Positions 26,504-35,475 of a stretch of 64,000 bases of DNA are shown here, piece by piece (position 1 is the stretch's first letter; every line of letters starts with the position of its first letter). The notes below the pieces were generated by a model that ran no database searches, was not told the DNA's origin, and worked only from the letters and a program-made list of their open reading frames with translations. Source of the stretch: an uncultured Bacilli bacterium. GTDB taxonomy: Bacteria; Bacillota_I; Bacilli_A; RFN20; CAG-288. Made by a program: the position numbers and the translations under genes. The DNA lies in assembly GCA_934725685.1 (NCBI GenBank), contig CAKVBX010000004.1, forward strand, positions 7,353 through 71,352. Reading direction: 5' to 3'.

Positions 26504-26887
26504 TTACCCCAGAACGACCAAAGTATCTTTGCTGTTGACCTGCTGACCCTTCGTGACTGCGACACTGATGATGGTTCCGTCATTCGGAGCCTTGATTTCG
26601 TTCTCGAGCTTCATGGCCTCGAGGACACAGAGGACCTGACCGGCCTTGACGGCATCACCGGCCTTGACTTTGACATCAAGGATAGTGCCCTGCATCGGAG
26701 CAGGGACCGGAGTTCCGTTTCCGGTAGGAGCCGGAGCGGCTGCGGGAGCAGCGGCCGGGGCTGGAGCGGCAGCAGGGGCTGCGACAGCACCTTTGACCGT
26801 CGTCACTTCCGTCGGTTCGACCTCAGTGATTCCCATGACTTTGACTTCATAGGTTTTTCCATTGACTTTGATTTTGTAGATTCTCAT
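26504..26887 (-). CDS. Biotin carboxyl carrier protein of the decarboxylase (free-standing biotinyl domain)
   Basis: Ala/Pro linker (AAPAAAPAPAAAPAAAPAP) followed by the biotinylation motif LEAMKLENEI. Confidence 0.9.
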   Translation of the reverse strand: MRIYKIKVNGKTYEVKVMGITEVEPTEVTTVKGAVAAPAAAPAPAAAPAAAPAPTGNGTPVPAPMQGTILDVKVKAGDAVKAGQVLCVLEAMKLENEIKAPNDGTIISVAVTKGQQVNSKDTLVVLG

Positions 26888-26902
26888 AAATTTACCTCGT
26901 TG

Positions 26903-27208
26903 TCATTTCCGTTTTTTCTTCTTCGTCTCGTCTTCGATCAGCTTGCAGCTGAGCACTTTCACATCTTCCTTGCGTTCCTTGCGGTAATCGAGGGTGGCGA
27001 CAAGGATGGCGGCCATCATATCTTCATCAGCTTCGGTTCCGTCCTTCATCTTGACCTTTTCCTTGACATCGAGCGCACGGATGCGGTTGAGCAGGGAAAG
27101 GACAAGGGTGATGATGATCAGAACTGCGAAGACGACGAGAATGCAGAGGAGAGAGAGCAGTGCGGCATCACCGAAGTTATCGATTGTCCATTTTGCCAGG
27201 GTCATCAT
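26903..27208 (-). CDS. oadG: OadG-like small membrane subunit of the decarboxylase
   Basis: Single N-terminal TM helix (AALLSLLCILVVFAVLIIITLVLSLL) followed by a charged tail. It sits between the carboxyltransferase and BCCP genes, with an ATGA overlap with the upstream gene. Confidence 0.6.
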   Translation of the reverse strand: MMTLAKWTIDNFGDAALLSLLCILVVFAVLIIITLVLSLLNRIRALDVKEKVKMKDGTEADEDMMAAILVATLDYRKERKEDVKVLSCKLIEDETKKKKRK

Positions 27209-28587
27209 AATTCAACATTAAACTCCTCGGCATCGATGCCGTATTTCTTACGGAGGAACTTGATGGCGACCTGATCGAAGAGGGCGATGGAAAGGACATC
27301 CTCATCACACTTTGCAATCTTCTTGTATTCCTTCTTCAGTTTCTCGAACTCCGGTTCGAGCTTGTCGGCAGGACGATAGGTGATGACTTCATCGTCACCG
27401 ATGATCTTGTGCTGAACCTCCGGATTGACCGGTGCGGGAGCCTTGCCATAGAGACCATGAAGATAATCCTTGATTTCCTTCGGGACCATCTTGTATCTTT
27501 CCCCGGTGAGGACATTCATGACCGCCTGGGTCCCGACCATCTGAGAAAGAGGAGTGACAAGCGGCGGATAGCCTAAGTCCTTACGGACAAGCGGAACTTC
27601 CTTAAGAACTTCCTCATATTTGTCCATGGCACCCTGCTTGTCGAGCTGACTCATCAGGTTGGAGAGCATGCCACCCGGAACCTGATACTTGAGAATGTTC
27701 GGATTGACGCAGAGGGCTTTGACCTTGAGCGTTCCGTTTTTGAGATATTTCTGTTTAATCTTATCGAGCTTGGCACTGGCCTGGTTGAGAAGGTCGGCGT
27801 CGAGATGCGGATCATATTCCGTACCCTGAAGTGCATAGTTGAAGGATTCGGTGCATGGCTGAGAAGTTCCGCCGGAGAGCGGAGACAAGGCTGTGTCGAT
27901 GATATCGACACCGGCTTCAATGGCCTTGAGATAGGTCATCTGGCAGATGCCACCGGTGCAATGGGAGTGGAGCTCGATTGGAAGCTTGGTCTCGGCTTTG
28001 AGACGGCTGATGAGTTCATAGGCATCCTTCGGAAGAAGGACACCGGCCATATCCTTGATGCAGAGGGAATCGGCACCCATATGTTCGACTTCCTTGGCAA
28101 GGCTGACATAGTAGTCGACCGTGTGGACAGGGGAAGTAGTATAGGATAATGCAATCTGGCAGTGTGCGTTCGGGAATCTGTCCTTAAACTTATTGCAGGC
28201 ATCGACGGCACTCTTGAGGTTTCTGACATCGTTCAGCGCATCGAAGACACGGATGATGTCAATGCCGTTTTCCAAGGACTTTTCGACGAACTTTTCGACG
28301 ATATCATCCGGATAATGATGATATCCGAGGATGTTCTGCCCACGGAAGAGCATCTGAAGTTTGGTGTTCGGACAGGCTTTGCGGATGGCGCGAAGTCTCT
28401 CCCAGGGATCCTCGTCGAGGAAACGGAGACAGGAATCGAAGGTGGCTCCTCCCCAGACTTCCAAAGCATAGTATCCCGCTTTGTCAAGAAGCGGAGCGAC
28501 AGACAGAATCTCGTCAGTAGTGAGACGAGTTGCGATCAGAGACTGAGACCCGTCACGCAAGGCAGTATCGACAATTTTTACTCCCAT
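27205..28587 (-). CDS. oadA: Oxaloacetate decarboxylase alpha subunit, carboxyltransferase domain only (no biotinyl domain)
   Basis: HMGL-like TIM-barrel signature VKIVDTALRDGSQSL...LEVWGGATFD...HCQIALSYT...LCIKDMAGVL...IELHSHCTGG. I place the start at MGVKIVDT (comp. 28585-28587). The upstream 40 codons in the ORF track look non-coding and contain the promoter. Confidence 0.85.
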   Translation of the reverse strand: MGVKIVDTALRDGSQSLIATRLTTDEILSVAPLLDKAGYYALEVWGGATFDSCLRFLDEDPWERLRAIRKACPNTKLQMLFRGQNILGYHHYPDDIVEKFVEKSLENGIDIIRVFDALNDVRNLKSAVDACNKFKDRFPNAHCQIALSYTTSPVHTVDYYVSLAKEVEHMGADSLCIKDMAGVLLPKDAYELISRLKAETKLPIELHSHCTGGICQMTYLKAIEAGVDIIDTALSPLSGGTSQPCTESFNYALQGTEYDPHLDADLLNQASAKLDKIKQKYLKNGTLKVKALCVNPNILKYQVPGGMLSNLMSQLDKQGAMDKYEEVLKEVPLVRKDLGYPPLVTPLSQMVGTQAVMNVLTGERYKMVPKEIKDYLHGLYGKAPAPVNPEVQHKIIGDDEVITYRPADKLEPEFEKLKKEYKKIAKCDEDVLSIALFDQVAIKFLRKKYGIDAEEFNVEL

Positions 28588-28631
28588 AAAGTGGCCCTTT
28601 CTATAAAAAGCTAAATTTTCGTCGTATACTA

Positions 28632-28660
28632 TTTTACAACCTCTTGACATGGTTTTAAAG
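28632..28660 (-). promoter_or_regulatory. Putative promoter of the oad operon
   Basis: On the minus strand, TTTAAA (comp. 28655-28660), a 17-nt spacer, then TAAAAT (comp. 28632-28637). Confidence 0.4.
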
Positions 28661-28741
28661 GGGGCAAATACGCAAATCAACCATAGTAAGCGCTCCATGT
28701 TGCTCATCTGTCGCAGAACATAAGCAAGAATGCGAAAATTG

Positions 28742-28771
28742 TTGTCAAAGCATACTTTTTTGTCCTATAAT
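28742..28771 (+). promoter_or_regulatory. Putative promoter of bioY
   Basis: TTGTCA (28742-28747), an 18-nt spacer, then TATAAT (28766-28771). The -10 ends only 9 nt before the bioY ATG. Confidence 0.5.
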
Positions 28772-28780
28772 CGTGTCCGT

Positions 28781-29353
28781 ATGAAACTCAGAGACATCGC
28801 ATTCATCGCCATCGGCACCGCCCTGATGTGCGTCTTAGCACCATTATCCATCCCAATCGGCATCGTTCCGATCTCCTTGGCCACCTTTGCCCTCTATCTG
28901 ATTGGCACCCTGTTAGGTCCTTTCAAGGCGAGCATCTCTGTCCTTTTATATATCATTATCGGCGTCATCGGTGCACCGGTGTTCTCTAAGTTCCAGGCGG
29001 GACCTTCCGTCATCATGGGACCAACCGGTGGATTCATCATCGGTTATGTGCCGGCCGTCTTTGTTCAGGCTCTCCTTACGACCAGATTCAAAGATAGGAA
29101 AAGCGCCTATGTCTTCGGTATCCTCTTAGGAACCGTCATCGTCTATGCCACAGGTATGGCCTGGTTCCTTGTCGTCACCGCAGGAAAATATACGTTCGCT
29201 CAGGCCATGGCTGCCTGTGTCTATCCATTCCTCATCGGAGATACGGTCAAGCTCATCATCTCGGTCATGGTCGGATATAAGTTACGGCCGATCATCGAAA
29301 GAGTCACGGACACGAGCCGTTACCGCAGCAGCAGGAAAGTGAAAAATAGATAA
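28781..29353 (+). CDS. bioY: Biotin transporter BioY (ECF S-component)
   Basis: MKLRDIAFIAIGTALMCVLAPLSIPIGIVPISLATFALYL...GPTGGFIIGYV is a typical BioY sequence. The start is taken at ATG 28781. Confidence 0.9.
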   Translation: MKLRDIAFIAIGTALMCVLAPLSIPIGIVPISLATFALYLIGTLLGPFKASISVLLYIIIGVIGAPVFSKFQAGPSVIMGPTGGFIIGYVPAVFVQALLTTRFKDRKSAYVFGILLGTVIVYATGMAWFLVVTAGKYTFAQAMAACVYPFLIGDTVKLIISVMVGYKLRPIIERVTDTSRYRSSRKVKNR

Positions 29354-29357
29354 CATC

Positions 29358-29385
29358 ATCCCGGCATGTGCCGGGATTTTGTTTT
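29358..29385 (+). terminator. Rho-independent terminator after bioY
   Basis: ATCCCGGC-ATGT-GCCGGGAT followed by TTTGTTTT. Confidence 0.85.
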
Positions 29386-29484
29386 CGCCATAAAATAAGA
29401 AATCTCAATTTCTTGATAAATCCCCTCAGTCATCGGCTTTTTCACTCTTTCATCTCCTCTGCTTTGCAAAAGGCATCCAATATC

Positions 29485-29527
29485 AAAAAACCTATAGGGA
29501 GGTACCATTCAAGGCTTTCCCTATAGG
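29485..29527 (-). terminator. Rho-independent terminator after the glycosyltransferase gene
   Basis: CCTATAGGGA...TCCCTATAGG is a 10-bp stem. A T6 run follows on the minus strand (complement of AAAAAA 29485-29490). Confidence 0.75.
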
Positions 29528-29543
29528 TTATATTTTGTTGGAA

Positions 29544-30872
29544 TTAGCGGCGTTTCTTCTTCAAAGCCTTCCGTTCTTCCTTGTTGGAGAATTCGTCCGA
29601 GGAGTGGAAGACATCCTTCTTGACGATATAAGGATTCTCCAATCCTATCTTCTTGGCAATCTTCTTCAGATGGCGACGTTCCCGGAAACTGGAGTAATAC
29701 GTTCTTCCTAAACGGTGGTCTTCTTTGTCTCGTTCGATTTCAAGCTTCATCATCTCCTCTAAGGCCTTGGCTTTCTTGACAATGTCGAATTCCTTGCTGT
29801 ACTCGACATATTTCGCGGAGAGTTCCTGAATGGCTTCCGGATGCTCGATGAAGTAATCAATCCGCTGTTGCAGTGAGTTATGGTCCCCGGCGCGGAAAAG
29901 GCTTCTTTCATCCAGAGCGAAATGATTGGTCGCACTGAACCTGGAATCGGAGATGACGGGGACTTTGCCGCAGGCAAAGGCCTCGACACAGGCAATGGCC
30001 TCACTCTCGATATCGGAGGCGTGGATATATAAGTCGGAATAATTGATGACTTCCTTGAGCTGACGCTGGGAACAGAAACGGAAAATCGGCGGATTCTTCA
30101 GATACTTCGCCGCAAGCTTCTCAAGATGCTTCTTGTTCGGGCCCTGCCCACAGAGGATAAGCTGGATTTTTTCGTTATACTTGCTCTTGCCGATGGCACG
30201 GATGATGATATCCTGTCTCTTTTCGCCGGAGAGTCTTCCGACCATCAGAATTAGGAATTTATCCTTCAGTTCCTCCGGTTTTTCATGGGATTCCGGCTCG
30301 AAATAAGGGGAGACACCATTGGAAATCGCATGGATGTCACTGTGATAGTGATGCTGGATCATCAGACAGCGCATGGTTTCGGAAGGCGTGTGGACGGTTC
30401 TGGTATAACGGTAAAGCCACCGGTCAAAGAAATGATAGATGAGGGCATTGAGAGGTTGGAAATGGCCCATGTGCATATTGTAAGAGACGGAATCCGGCTG
30501 GAGATGATAAGCACTCGTGACCGGGATGGAAAGAATCTTTGCAATCTTTCGGGCCTTTGCCTCGAGCACAAAGGGAAGCATGACATGGACGACATCGCTT
30601 CCTTTGATGAACTCTGCCATCTCTTTTTCGTCGCAGTCGGCAAAAGTAAAGCCGTTGGCAACGACAATCCAATCGAAAATCGGAAGAGAGACTCTATAGC
30701 AGCGTAGGATTTTATAATCCTTGAGATCGTCCGCATCCGCATTTTCCGGAATATAGGCGATAATCCGGACTTCGTTTCCGAACTCCTTGAGCAGATGAGC
30801 TGTTCTCATCGCCGTTACCGTCGTTCCGTTATTTTTATCTCCGAAGAGATCAATGACCATTGTGATAACCAT
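29544..30872 (-). CDS. GT-B fold glycosyltransferase (GT4-like), probable diacylglycerol glycolipid synthase
   Basis: N-terminus reads GDKNNGTTVTAMRTAHLLKEFGNEVRII. The GT4 C-terminal half reads GRLSGEKRQD...SDIESEAIACVEAFACGKVPV. The basic C-terminal tail resembles membrane-surface-binding glycolipid synthases. Confidence 0.65.
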   Translation of the reverse strand: MVITMVIDLFGDKNNGTTVTAMRTAHLLKEFGNEVRIIAYIPENADADDLKDYKILRCYRVSLPIFDWIVVANGFTFADCDEKEMAEFIKGSDVVHVMLPFVLEAKARKIAKILSIPVTSAYHLQPDSVSYNMHMGHFQPLNALIYHFFDRWLYRYTRTVHTPSETMRCLMIQHHYHSDIHAISNGVSPYFEPESHEKPEELKDKFLILMVGRLSGEKRQDIIIRAIGKSKYNEKIQLILCGQGPNKKHLEKLAAKYLKNPPIFRFCSQRQLKEVINYSDLYIHASDIESEAIACVEAFACGKVPVISDSRFSATNHFALDERSLFRAGDHNSLQQRIDYFIEHPEAIQELSAKYVEYSKEFDIVKKAKALEEMMKLEIERDKEDHRLGRTYYSSFRERRHLKKIAKKIGLENPYIVKKDVFHSSDEFSNKEERKALKKKRR

Positions 30873-30940
30873 ATTTATTATTAAATCTTTTCCAAATTGT
30901 AAGATAGGAAGATAATCTTGTCAACAATTAGAAGACAAAA

Positions 30941-31585
30941 CTATTCGAGCCAAAACGGCGCTAAAGTGAAATGATGCTGACGCATTCTCAGCGTTTCCGG
31001 GAAGATCAGTTCATAGGCGTTGAGCATCATTCTGTCAGAATCATCCAACGCATACTTCTTATCTCCGATGAGAGTGAGTCCCAAAGAGTGAAGGGCGATA
31101 CGGATCTGATTCTGTCTCCCGGTCTTGATGCAGATATCCAGTGCCGTTCCCATCTTCACCGGATTTTTCGCCTTCACATAGGTGATGGCCTCGTCTCCTT
31201 TTCTTCTGTCTTTCGTAACAAAAACCTTGCCGCTCCGATGGTCGAAGCAAAGATACTGGACCACTCTCTTTTCAAAATCAAGCGGGACATTCTCTTTTAC
31301 GACGGCTTCATACTTACGAATAACAGTGCGATCTTCGAAGGCAGACTGAAGCATCCGTTTCACTTCCATGCTCTTTGCGAAAATCATCAGTCCAGAAGTG
31401 GATTTATCGAGCCGGTGCACGATGAAGATTTTCTGCTTCTTCCGATTGACGTATTCCCTCACATAATGGTAGAGGTTATGCATGTCGCCGTCATCGGTGG
31501 CAATGGAGAGCATTCCGCTCTTCTTATAGACGACAATCAGGTCTTTGTCTTCATAGACAATATCAAAGGGGTTGTTTCTTTTCAT
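30941..31585 (-). CDS. RluA-family pseudouridine synthase (no S4 domain)
   Basis: Catalytic motif HRLDKSTSGLMIFAK and GRQNQIRIAL. The start is ambiguous. I use MKRNNPFDIVYEDKDLIV (comp. 31583-31585), with an alternative ATG at 31603. The ORF-track start at 31759 adds about 58 non-homologous residues. Confidence 0.8.
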   Translation of the reverse strand: MKRNNPFDIVYEDKDLIVVYKKSGMLSIATDDGDMHNLYHYVREYVNRKKQKIFIVHRLDKSTSGLMIFAKSMEVKRMLQSAFEDRTVIRKYEAVVKENVPLDFEKRVVQYLCFDHRSGKVFVTKDRRKGDEAITYVKAKNPVKMGTALDICIKTGRQNQIRIALHSLGLTLIGDKKYALDDSDRMMLNAYELIFPETLRMRQHHFTLAPFWLE

Positions 31586-31934
31586 TTCAGTATTTCTCTG
31601 CATTAGGGTACAACATAGCGAGGAGAAAGGCAAACCATTCCGGCTTCTGTAGTCGCTTTTTATTGTCCTCAAGTCAGAAAGTAAAAGAAAGAAAATGAGA
31701 TAATCATTCTCTAGCAACTTATTTTGAATCGAATCAGTAGTTTGTATAGAAAAGAACAATATTTTTCAATTATCGCAAACATCAATCATCGATAAAAACA
31801 ATCAATGTTATTAGCAAACTATCGCAGAAAAGACGTCAATTCCTCCCGTTACCAGCAACCGATTTCTCAATTTTGTCTTTTCATAGTGCTCATTTCTCGG
31901 TATAATAAGCGTTTGAGAAATGGAGGTTCAACCT

Positions 31935-32585
31935 ATGGACTTAAAAGAATATCCGAATGTGACACTTCTCAATCATCCCCTCTTGAAGCATAAGATTTCG
32001 ATTCTGCGTGACGAGAAGACTCCGACCAGCGAATTCCGTACCATTGTCAAGGAAATCGCTATGATGGAAGGCTACGAAGCACTCAAAGATGTCGAGACGA
32101 AAGATGTTCTCATCAAGACTCCTATCGAAGAGACGATGCAGCCCATGGTGGAAGGAAAGAACCTCTGCTTTGTTCCGATTCTCCGTGCCGGTATGGGCAT
32201 GGTCGACGGATTTACGGAACTTGTTCCGACCGCCCGTGTCGGACACATCGGTCTCTACCGTGACGAAGTCACCCATGAACCCCACGAATACTATTGCAAG
32301 CTTCCCAATAACCTCGGAGACAAGAAGATTTATGTCCTCGATCCGATGCTTGCCACTGGCGGCAGCGCCATTGATGCCATCAAGCTTCTGAAGCAGCATG
32401 GTGCCAAGAACCTGCACTTCATCTGCATCATCGCCGCTCCGGAAGGTGTCGAAGCCTTCTGCAAGGCCAATCCGGATATCCCGCTCTTCATCGGATCCCT
32501 CGACAGACAGCTCAATGAGCATGCCTATATCTGCCCGGGTCTCGGTGATGCCGGCGACAGAATCTTCGGAACCGTCAAAGAATAA
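31935..32585 (+). CDS. upp: Uracil phosphoribosyltransferase
   Basis: HPLLKHKISILRDEKT, ILRAGMGM, and the PRPP motif IYVLDPMLATGGSA. The start is at MDLKE (ATG 31935), 8 nt after GGAGG. Confidence 0.95.
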   Translation: MDLKEYPNVTLLNHPLLKHKISILRDEKTPTSEFRTIVKEIAMMEGYEALKDVETKDVLIKTPIEETMQPMVEGKNLCFVPILRAGMGMVDGFTELVPTARVGHIGLYRDEVTHEPHEYYCKLPNNLGDKKIYVLDPMLATGGSAIDAIKLLKQHGAKNLHFICIIAAPEGVEAFCKANPDIPLFIGSLDRQLNEHAYICPGLGDAGDRIFGTVKE

Positions 32586-32587
32586 TC

Positions 32588-32643
32588 GAAAAAGACTGCT
32601 GGAAAGCAAGGTGACCCCCCTGCTCTTCCGGCAGTCTTTTTTT
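32588..32643. terminator. Long imperfect hairpin terminator after upp, marking the left edge of the low-GC island
   Basis: AAAAAGACTGC...GCAGTCTTTTTTT with an inner GGAAAGCA/TGCTCTTCC pairing. It is flanked by an A-run and a T-run. Confidence 0.7.
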
Positions 32644-32656
32644 CGATTTTACCGAA

Positions 32657-33556
32657 TCAATCCAAGGCATCCGGACCGAAGATGGATAGAATCGCTTCTT
32701 TCTCGGATGGGATATCAACCGTCTTTTTCGCTTCGAAATCGAATCGATACGACGTCTCAGTAAGAATATAATTTTCTTTGGCTTGATGTTTTTTGTTGTT
32801 CCAATCCTTCTTTCCATCAACAGCGGCATAGGAATCCTCGGTACAAGAGACAAGGAAAAAGTTCGAATCAAACAAGTATTTTGCATGATAAGAAGTCATG
32901 ATATTCTCAGAGTAATAATCGATGTCAACTAAATACCTATCCGCATCCATCCTGGACGAATATCGGCTCACCTTCGCTTCATTCTTTATGGAATAAGCTG
33001 ACTGGTAAGATGCGACATAATCCGGATAGCGGGACGGGGTCAGAACACCCTCAAGAATCGTATCGGCTTCTTTTCTGGAAATGTACCTTGGGCTGTTTAG
33101 CAACTTACTATCATCGCTGATTACTTTCGAATAATTGATAATGCCGTTTTCGAAATCATGAAGGATTTCGTTCGGTGCCTGTTGGTTCGCTCTCGACAGG
33201 GAGAAGAACGTCTTTTCGTTGTGATAGAAATAATGATGGTGGTTTTCATAGGACTCTTTTTTTGTCCCATTCTCCTCCGACAGCCAGTAAAGCATCGAAT
33301 ATTCCGTAGATTCATTGCAGTCAGCCCTGGCCCCTTCTGTCGATTTCGCTAAAACGGTCCTCTTCTGATTCTTTTCTACTTTTGTTTTCTTTTCCTCCCT
33401 CTGATACTCCCTCAGAGATTGAAAATCCAGGCTTTGCAGAAATGATGTGAAATGATCCAAAGTATCAAAAGAAGGATGGTTTAACGTAGAAGTATCCAGC
33501 TCCGTAGACTGACATCCCGTTACGAAAAGCAAAAAAATAGGTAACATCGACTTCAT
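32657..33556 (-). CDS. Orphan lipoprotein (about 299 aa)
   Basis: Signal peptide plus lipobox MKSMLPIFLLFVTGC|QST. No family is recognised. The start lies 13 nt after the stop of the upstream gene, and G+C is lower than the flanks. Confidence 0.65.
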   Translation of the reverse strand: MKSMLPIFLLFVTGCQSTELDTSTLNHPSFDTLDHFTSFLQSLDFQSLREYQREEKKTKVEKNQKRTVLAKSTEGARADCNESTEYSMLYWLSEENGTKKESYENHHHYFYHNEKTFFSLSRANQQAPNEILHDFENGIINYSKVISDDSKLLNSPRYISRKEADTILEGVLTPSRYPDYVASYQSAYSIKNEAKVSRYSSRMDADRYLVDIDYYSENIMTSYHAKYLFDSNFFLVSCTEDSYAAVDGKKDWNNKKHQAKENYILTETSYRFDFEAKKTVDIPSEKEAILSIFGPDALD

Positions 33557-33569
33557 TAAGTTCCTTTGT

Positions 33570-35423
33570 TTAAAAATACGCATTGAACATGTCTCCTTCC
33601 GTATATTCGCGATTTGTAATCAAACTTCGATAAGACTCATTATACTTTCCATTGCTTTTTTCCACTTCATTTTCTTCAATTAAGTCCAAGCCATCATCCA
33701 TTTCATACAAATAGGCTTTTTCACTTGATGAAGAATAGGAAGTCAGCAGCTTTTCAGCTTTACAATAATCAATCGAATGTCTAGAATGCAACCATGTTTC
33801 ATTTGACAAATCATTTATAATATATTCATTTGTTAAATATGAATTAACTTTTAGACGATAAACAACAACCCCATTGAAATTAGAGTTTTTCTCGTAATCA
33901 TTTCTTTGTAGCCACGCATTGGCCCCTTCTTCTTTGATAGGATAGCAATCGTCATAGAGAGAATAATCAAACTCAGCTTTTCTAGCAATTGTTGTGGTCG
34001 CAGTATGACTTTTAATCGTTTTAGAAGTGGGAGAAAACTCGATTATTTCATCTTCAGAATATAAAATTGGATGTAAGATATTGTTTTTCTTATAAAGATT
34101 ATAAGTGAAATCTACAGTTTGCTGTATCGCCGATTCAACGGAAGTGCCATTCAACACTTTATTCCAAATATAATTTGTAAATATCCTAGAGGAATCAACC
34201 CCAATAGTTGTATTCCAACCTAAAGAATAAGTACCACCATTTAGAATTGAAAAGACAGCAGGACTATAATCCGAACCACCATAGCAAGTGGCCCAAATTG
34301 AAAAATAACAACCCTCCATAGATGGAAGTTTATCACATGCAATAGAATCTGAAGGATTGATTGAAACGCCACCATCATCACCACCATGTGAGGAAATCAT
34401 GAAATATTCATGTTGAGTCATCAACTTACCATCAGTCATCGGAAGATAAAAATCATAATATGTTGGATTATTTATATGATTAAAAACATAGCCTTTTCTC
34501 TTAAAAAGATTATACGGTTCTATCATGTCTGGTCTTGTATCGATATCCCCAGCGTTCATAAATGAAGTGAAATACACTTGTTTTTTGGGAAATAAGGATA
34601 ATATGACCTTGCCCACATTATTTTTCGAACGAGCATTTACATAATAATCAGTGTTAGGACACAATGACACTTCTATTAGGTCAAGCGAATCATAGCCACG
34701 ATTCTCATTAGTTGCAATAATATCACCCGATGAATTCGCGATTTCAAGAACAAGATCAGTGATATCTTCTTTTTTCTCGATTTTAATAATGTAATCTGAA
34801 GTTTGAGAAACAATCAACCTTCGCATAAAGTCTGTACCTGATAGATTTAACGTTGTCATGGAATTCTGGACTAAATCATTAGTCTTTATAAATTTCCATT
34901 CAAAGATGGATTCATTCATTAAATTAATATCAGATTGAATCAATTCATTATTAACTTGAAAATCATAATTCGCAGCCGTTAAATACTTCGAATAGGAAGA
35001 GGCACTAGTTGTCAGTTTAAAACTTGTATCATCCGTATCTTGACTAATCGAAAACCAATAATAATTGGGACTGCTCATGTCATTCTCATCAATTAGTTCC
35101 ACTTTAGCACCCGAAACAAAAGGATTATTTGATAGACCGATTGAAAGATTTTGTGCTTTCAGCGGAGAGATTCGATATCTTTTAAAATTAGATTGTCCCA
35201 ATTCTTTTCTAATTACGAATCTTTGAGAATCATCATTAGTATAAGCTTTAAGAGATAAGCCTCCACTAGAACTCAAAACCAAATTTTGGTTATAAGCTGA
35301 ATGAATAGTATAAACACCACAATCACTAAACGAATTAGAAAATCCAATCGACTTTGTAGAATTCACAACAGCGGAGCCATTAATTGAAAGCAAAAGAGAA
35401 GCTGCCAAAAAAACACTTACCAT
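33570..35423 (-). CDS. Secreted multidomain protein: ricin-type beta-trefoil lectin, PPC-like beta-sandwich, putative clan-CD (gingipain/caspase-like) cysteine peptidase and an unknown C-terminal domain
   Basis: Start at MVSVFLAASLLLSINGSAV (signal peptide; SD GGAAGGA). Three-fold repeat ends in SQRFVIR / NYYWFSI / IFEWKFI. The PPC-like segment reads DYIIKIEKKEDITDLVLEIANSSGDIIATN...NTDYYVNARSKNNVGKVILSL. The His-Gly...Cys dyad context reads YFMISSHGGDDGG-(about 30 aa)-CYFSIWATCYGGSDY. The gene is markedly AT-rich. Confidence 0.6.
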   Translation of the reverse strand: MVSVFLAASLLLSINGSAVVNSTKSIGFSNSFSDCGVYTIHSAYNQNLVLSSSGGLSLKAYTNDDSQRFVIRKELGQSNFKRYRISPLKAQNLSIGLSNNPFVSGAKVELIDENDMSSPNYYWFSISQDTDDTSFKLTTSASSYSKYLTAANYDFQVNNELIQSDINLMNESIFEWKFIKTNDLVQNSMTTLNLSGTDFMRRLIVSQTSDYIIKIEKKEDITDLVLEIANSSGDIIATNENRGYDSLDLIEVSLCPNTDYYVNARSKNNVGKVILSLFPKKQVYFTSFMNAGDIDTRPDMIEPYNLFKRKGYVFNHINNPTYYDFYLPMTDGKLMTQHEYFMISSHGGDDGGVSINPSDSIACDKLPSMEGCYFSIWATCYGGSDYSPAVFSILNGGTYSLGWNTTIGVDSSRIFTNYIWNKVLNGTSVESAIQQTVDFTYNLYKKNNILHPILYSEDEIIEFSPTSKTIKSHTATTTIARKAEFDYSLYDDCYPIKEEGANAWLQRNDYEKNSNFNGVVVYRLKVNSYLTNEYIINDLSNETWLHSRHSIDYCKAEKLLTSYSSSSEKAYLYEMDDGLDLIEENEVEKSNGKYNESYRSLITNREYTEGDMFNAYF

Positions 35424-35475
35424 AAGATTGTTTCCTTCCTTTAAATTAAGCTCGTTGAAGTGATATTGCAAAACC

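Noticed and set aside
27205-28707. Longer N-terminal extensions suggested by the ORF track: oadA from 28707, potA from 61501, the PucR regulator from 14472, rbr from 47359, upp from 31920, bioY from 28730, the lipoprotein from 33583 and the island protein from 35477.
   Set aside because: In each case the extension is non-homologous to the family, lacks an SD, and/or overlaps a predicted promoter. An internal Met preceded by a good SD begins exactly where the conserved family sequence starts.
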